Shown here: positions 15,570-20,000 of the stretch, piece after piece
Layout: each line of letters starts with the position of its first letter
Numbering within the stretch: position 1 is the first letter of the stretch
Origin: an uncultured virus (IMG/VR IMGVR_UViG_3300037400_001705)
Taxonomy: Duplodnaviria > Heunggongvirae > Uroviricota > Caudoviricetes
Virus record (IMG/VR): IMGVR_UViG_3300037400_001705
Direction: 5' to 3' (one strand)
Length of the DNA: 20,000 nucleotides
Position numbers and translations under genes: made by a program
The notes under the pieces: model-generated
Told to the model about the DNA's origin: nothing
Database searches by the model: none
The model's input: the letters and a program-made list of their open reading frames with translations, nothing else

Positions 15570-16235
15570 ATGGACCCGTACTACTCGAGAAGTGAGGTCA
15601 GTAACTCTGACCTTACTTCGCTCAAACTAAAGCTCTATCCGCAACTTGATTTCGTCAAGCCAAAGGATAAGAAGAAAGCGTTCCACCTTGGTACGCTTGT
15701 TGACGGGCTGGTTACTGAGCCAAAGAACTGCAATCACTTCCGTTATCTCGTTGGTGAAGAGCAATACACCAAACAAGAATGGGAATGGGGAAAGAAGCAA
15801 CTCGAAAAGCTACGTCGTGCAGCTCAGAAAGATGCTTTCCTTGACTACGTTCTCAAAAATGCCGTCGGTCAGAAGGTGTTCGCAAATCCTTCACAGCATT
15901 TCGATGTAGGTTGCTATTCCTTTAACCTTCCGACGAGGTGCAAATTTGACTGGCATCTTGGGCTGTTCGGTGGCGACCTCAAAACCACCGTTGCAACAAC
16001 GTACGACCAGTTCCTCAACTGCATTGATTACTTTGAGTGGGACCGCTCACGCGCTTTCTATATGGACCTCACTCACTCTCTCGACCCATCTATGGGTAAT
16101 CAGGATTTCATCTATGCCGTATCAAAGACCGCAAACAAGGTTTTCTATAAGAAGATTATGCGTGGTGATGAACTCTACGAGCGTGGACGTGAAAAGTATC
16201 TCGAACTTGCATTTAAGTATTGGCTGTTTACGTAG
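15570..16235 (+). CDS. PD-(D/E)xK exonuclease (RecE/DUF3799-like)
   Basis: YYSRSEVSNSDL, FHLGTLVD, RCKFDW, GGDLKTT, RAFYMD. Confidence 0.82.
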   Translation: MDPYYSRSEVSNSDLTSLKLKLYPQLDFVKPKDKKKAFHLGTLVDGLVTEPKNCNHFRYLVGEEQYTKQEWEWGKKQLEKLRRAAQKDAFLDYVLKNAVGQKVFANPSQHFDVGCYSFNLPTRCKFDWHLGLFGGDLKTTVATTYDQFLNCIDYFEWDRSRAFYMDLTHSLDPSMGNQDFIYAVSKTANKVFYKKIMRGDELYERGREKYLELAFKYWLFT

Positions 16236-16288
16236 TCCTGTGTGCAGTGGCTATCCCACTGCATCCTACAAACCAATTTTATAACATT

Positions 16289-17683
16289 ATGGCAAAATAC
16301 AAACCGTACCCCTACCAAGAGTCTGGCATTGCCAAGACACTTGAAATGAAACGTTGCATCAATGGCGACGAAATGGGTTTGGGAAAGACAGGTCAAGCTA
16401 TCGTGTCTGTTGCACGGGCCAAAGCTACACCATGCCTGGTAATCTGTCCTGCCTCTCTCAAAATCAACTGGCAGCGCGAGGTCGAGAATTTCACAGACCT
16501 TCGCCCGCTCATTCTCACGGACTCCATCAAGTCCACCTTCCCATACTTTATAGGGCAGATGAATCTCTATGATGTGGTCATCGTCAACTACGAATCTCTC
16601 AAGAAGTATTTCGTGGTGAAGGCTGACAAGGGCGCGAAACTCAAAGACATCATCTTTCAGAATGTCATCAAGCAGTTCAAATCAGTCATCATCGACGAGT
16701 CTCACCGCTGCAAGAATCCTTCAACGGCAACAGCTCGTTTCTGCATGGGCATTTGTGCCGGAAAGGAATATATCAACATGCTCACTGGTACGCCTGTTGT
16801 CAATGATACGATGGACCTTGCTACTCAGCTCTGCATCCTTGGACGTATTGATGACTTCGGAGGCTACCGTAACTTTGTCAACACCTATGGTGATGGCAAG
16901 CATCTTTCAGAACTGAATGCCATCCTTCACAGCTCATGTTACTTCCGTCGTGGAAAGAAGGAAGTGCTCAAAGACCTTCCCGACCTCACGCGCTCAAAGG
17001 TTTTCACTGAGCTGTCAAACCAAGAAGAGTATGACCTTTGCGAGAATGATCTTCGCTCATATTTGCAGGAGTATAAGAAACTCACTGACTCTGAGGTACG
17101 CAAGAAGATGCGCATGCAGGCTTTGGTAAAGTTTATGAATCTCCGCAAAATAGCTGGTCAAGGCAAGGTTGATGCAGCAATCAGTTTTATACAAGACTCC
17201 ACTGAGCAGATTGTGGTGTTCGCTGAGCATCATGACATCGTGGATAGCTTAGTGGAAGCTATACCTGATGCTGTTTGTGTCACAGGCCGTCAGAATGCCG
17301 TACAGAAGCAAGCAGCTATTGATGCTTTCCAAGCTGGTGAGCGTCGTGTTATCATCTGCTCCATCAAGGCTGCAGGTGTTGGCCTTACGCTGACTGCATC
17401 ATCAAACGTCCTCTTCATCAACCTTCCGTGGACTATGGCAGACCTCTCTCAGTGTGAGGCTCGTTGTCATCGTAACGGTCAGAAGAATGCCGTCAACTCA
17501 TGGATTCTTATTGGCAACCGTGGTGAACTTGATACCATTGACTCCTATCTATATCATCTGATAATGAAGAAGGGTTCTATGGCCAACAAGATTACTGGTG
17601 CCGTTGATGATGCTCTCAAAGACGAAAAATACTTCGATGAATTAGCTGACTTATTCATAAACGGAATCAAAGAAGGAAAGTAA
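16289..17683 (+). CDS. SNF2-family (DEAH) helicase
   Basis: DEMGLGKT, VICPASL, IIDESH, LTGTP, GVGLTL, QCEARCHRNGQ. Confidence 0.93.
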   Translation: MAKYKPYPYQESGIAKTLEMKRCINGDEMGLGKTGQAIVSVARAKATPCLVICPASLKINWQREVENFTDLRPLILTDSIKSTFPYFIGQMNLYDVVIVNYESLKKYFVVKADKGAKLKDIIFQNVIKQFKSVIIDESHRCKNPSTATARFCMGICAGKEYINMLTGTPVVNDTMDLATQLCILGRIDDFGGYRNFVNTYGDGKHLSELNAILHSSCYFRRGKKEVLKDLPDLTRSKVFTELSNQEEYDLCENDLRSYLQEYKKLTDSEVRKKMRMQALVKFMNLRKIAGQGKVDAAISFIQDSTEQIVVFAEHHDIVDSLVEAIPDAVCVTGRQNAVQKQAAIDAFQAGERRVIICSIKAAGVGLTLTASSNVLFINLPWTMADLSQCEARCHRNGQKNAVNSWILIGNRGELDTIDSYLYHLIMKKGSMANKITGAVDDALKDEKYFDELADLFINGIKEGK

Positions 17684-17712
17684 GATTATAAACATTATAA
17701 ATAGTAATTAAC

Positions 17713-18150
17713 ATGGAATTAACTGGAACTATTATCGCTATTATGCCTGCAAAGTCAGGCGTATCAGCACGCACGGGCAATCCGTGGATGACACAGGAAT
17801 ATGTTATTGAGGTTCCTGGTCAGTACCCAAAGAAGTGTGCGTTCTCTATCTTTGGTGAGGACCGCATAAAACAATTCAATCTCCAGCCCGGAGAGCAGAA
17901 CGTTACCATTCAGTTCGACATCGACGCAAGGGAGTATCAAGGCCGTTACTACAACGATATTCGTTGTTACAACGTTCTGAGAGCAAATCAGCAAGCCGCT
18001 GCACCTGCTGCAGCACCAGCAGGCCCACAGCAGACTGATATGTTTGCAGGCCAAGGCCAGCAACAGGCTCCAGCTCAGAATCAGAACCCCTTCCCACCTG
18101 CCGCTGATGGTCAACAGGAAGGAGAGAATAACGACGATCTGCCCTTCTGA
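17713..18150 (+). CDS. DUF3127 OB-fold SSB-like protein
   Basis: MELTGTII...W.TQEYVIE...YPKK...FG.DRI...FDIDAREY.GRYYNDIRC; Q/A/P linker; DDLPF tail. Confidence 0.88.
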   Translation: MELTGTIIAIMPAKSGVSARTGNPWMTQEYVIEVPGQYPKKCAFSIFGEDRIKQFNLQPGEQNVTIQFDIDAREYQGRYYNDIRCYNVLRANQQAAAPAAAPAGPQQTDMFAGQGQQQAPAQNQNPFPPAADGQQEGENNDDLPF

Positions 18151-18152
18151 TT

Positions 18153-18590
18153 ATGAAGCTGCTACTTAAAAACACTCGCGAGGGTCTGAAACCGATGTAC
18201 GATGATGACTACGACGAGAAAAAGAAGCTCAAGATAGGTGAGGTGTACGAGGCAACAATCAAACAGCCTCGTAACCTTTCCTTTCACCGCAAGTACTTCG
18301 CACTCCTGCGTTGTTCTTGGGAATATCTTAACGAGCAGCAGCAATCCTTCTTCAAAAATGATTTAGAGGTATTCAGAAAGTCCCTCGAAGTTACTGCCGG
18401 ATGGTGCGAGCCTCTGTATAATATTCACTCAAATGAATGGTTCCACGCTCCAAAATCCATCAGTTTCGAGAAGATGAATGAGACAGAGTTCAACACATTA
18501 TATAATAATGTACGCGATATACTCTTCAAGGCCATCATCCCAAATATCTCGAAGGAGGAATTTGAACGCAACTTGGTAAACTTTTTATAG
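18153..18590 (+). CDS. DUF1367 / NinB-like protein
   Basis: PRNLSFHRKYFALL, AGW, PKSISFEKMNETEFNTLY. Confidence 0.8.
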   Translation: MKLLLKNTREGLKPMYDDDYDEKKKLKIGEVYEATIKQPRNLSFHRKYFALLRCSWEYLNEQQQSFFKNDLEVFRKSLEVTAGWCEPLYNIHSNEWFHAPKSISFEKMNETEFNTLYNNVRDILFKAIIPNISKEEFERNLVNFL

Positions 18591-18598
18591 TATTGTGT

Positions 18599-19468
18599 AT
18601 GTGCGAAGGATTCAAACAAATCTCCAACGACTTCTTTAAAAGCGACTATTGGCGTCAATCCCGTACTTATAATGATTGCGAAGCTCTACTTGATATTATC
18701 AATCAAGTGAGATTTGAGGCATCTGAGCATACTGCTCGTATCGGAGGTCGCGAAGTAACGTGGGGTCAGGCACAGTGGCCTGCATCTGTTCGATTTCTTG
18801 CTGCACGGTGGCACTGGACTGATTGGCGTGTTAGAACATTCCTTTCAGGGTTGAGAAGAAAAGGCATCATTGAGACAACCGATGACCAAGGCGTAAATAT
18901 GATTACGCTAAAGAAGTATCTGATTCTCAAGACTGAGGAAACTCACACACCAACTCACACACTTAACGATGTGGAAATCAGCGAGTTAGCTAAAAAGCTC
19001 ACACAGCAAATCACACAGCAAGAAGCAGGCTCACACACCGCTCACACAAAACATAATAATGGAAAGAATAAAAGAGATTCTTCACTACGTTCAGAATCTA
19101 CTCTGTTCGATATTGAAGAAGAATTTCCATTCTCAGATTTTTGGGAACTTTATGATAAAAAGATTGGGAAATCTGATTGTCAGAAAGTGTATGCCAAAAT
19201 CTCCCTTAAAGACAGAAAAGCTATATTTGATTATCTGCCCAAGTATTTAGAGGCAACAACTGTAAAGCAATTTCGTAAGAATCCGCTTACATTCCTGCAT
19301 CAGCGTGCTTGGGAAGATGAAATAATAATCAGAAATCAGAATGAAACAACCTCAGCTGCTACAGGCAGTCGGGCAGCAGGTGCTCCAACAAACGAGCAAC
19401 TTGTCAACTACACCTACGACCTCATTAATGAAGCCAGAGCAAGGGAAAACATTGACGATTCTTTCTAA
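18599..19468 (+). CDS. phage replication initiator
   Basis: N-terminal wHTH (GQAQWPASVRFLAARWHW...VRTFLSGL), iteron-encoded linker, C-terminal FSDFWELYDKK...KNPLTFLHQRAWEDE. Confidence 0.8.
   Translation: MCEGFKQISNDFFKSDYWRQSRTYNDCEALLDIINQVRFEASEHTARIGGREVTWGQAQWPASVRFLAARWHWTDWRVRTFLSGLRRKGIIETTDDQGVNMITLKKYLILKTEETHTPTHTLNDVEISELAKKLTQQITQQEAGSHTAHTKHNNGKNKRDSSLRSESTLFDIEEEFPFSDFWELYDKKIGKSDCQKVYAKISLKDRKAIFDYLPKYLEATTVKQFRKNPLTFLHQRAWEDEIIIRNQNETTSAATGSRAAGAPTNEQLVNYTYDLINEARARENIDDSF
18943..19048 (+). repeat. intragenic iterons (lambda O-like origin)
   Basis: TCACACA at 18943, 18955, 18999, 19011, 19031, 19042; IHF-consensus AATCAGCGAGTTA in the 44-nt spacer. Confidence 0.8.
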
Positions 19469-19982
19469 GTTTGGTGACAGAGACCAGTTCTTGGCAAGAG
19501 TCAACCCTAAAACTCAGGCTTCATTTGCTCTGAAAAAGGAGAAAGCCATCATGGGTGACTATCCTACGCTGACGGATATTTGTCTGGCGTATGGCAAAAC
19601 ATTCTCCTTTCAGTGGCTATGCCCTCAGATTGTGGACTTGTCAAAGTTCACAGGTGCCAAGAATCTCGACAAAGAACAGGTGGAAGGTCTCGCAACTATC
19701 ATAGCTGCAGAATATCACTATCTGAAAGTCACCGAGCTTCTTCTCTTCTTCTACTATTTCAAGACAGGCCGTTATGGTCGTTTCTATGGCTCCGTTGATC
19801 CAATGGTGATAACCTGCGCTCTACGAGATTTTATCAAAGAGCGTAACATCTTCATTGACCAGTATGAGCGAGAGCAGAACAATCTCCAGTATGAGCTAAA
19901 CAAGAGAAATACAATGACTCATGAGCAATGGCTGGAATATAAGAAACAACATAGTTTGGAAAACAAAAATGAGCAAGAATGA
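19341..19982 (+). CDS. replication-module protein (putative helicase loader, DUF6633-like)
   Basis: YHYLKVTELLLFF..FKTGRYGRFYGSVDPMVI; directly downstream of the initiator; start 19341 or 19428. Confidence 0.65.
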   Translation: MKQPQLLQAVGQQVLQQTSNLSTTPTTSLMKPEQGKTLTILSKFGDRDQFLARVNPKTQASFALKKEKAIMGDYPTLTDICLAYGKTFSFQWLCPQIVDLSKFTGAKNLDKEQVEGLATIIAAEYHYLKVTELLLFFYYFKTGRYGRFYGSVDPMVITCALRDFIKERNIFIDQYEREQNNLQYELNKRNTMTHEQWLEYKKQHSLENKNEQE

Positions 19983-20000
19983 TTCCCTTTGTCAGAATGG

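Noticed and set aside
397..19982. Stop-codon reassignment (TAG recoding seen in some gut phages)
   Set aside because: Genes are full length in the standard code and several end cleanly at TAG; no suppressor tRNA is present.

Overview
Segment of a temperate Bacteroidales (Prevotella-like) phage, apparently in its excised form. A tRNA-Gly(CCC) 3' fragment at 6641-6683 is flanked on both sides by the same arm-type repeats, which is an attP configuration. From left to right the window holds: (1) a structured non-coding leader and an accessory operon of host-like DNA-metabolism genes (ComF-like PRTase, stand-alone MutS domain I, RadC, degenerate DUF2851); (2) an extragenic origin-like region with two inverted iteron clusters that copy the iterons inside the rep gene 15 kb away; (3) two convergent tyrosine recombinases and attP; (4) an immunity module (repressor, Cro-like gene, BRO/KilAC antirepressor, excisionase); (5) a ~960-nt non-coding RNA cluster; and (6) an early recombination/replication operon (RecT-like, PD-(D/E)xK exonuclease, SNF2 helicase, DUF3127 SSB-like, DUF1367, initiator, putative loader). 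The most novel signal is in the RNA cluster (9220-10182). Beside one tRNA-Arg(TCT) lie several tRNA-like scaffolds, and three elements carry 29-35 nt loops whose reverse complement reads as an AT-rich leader, ATG and first codons, suggesting tRNA-scaffolded antisense RNAs against translation start sites. All protein calls come from motif recognition by eye; no database searches were run.
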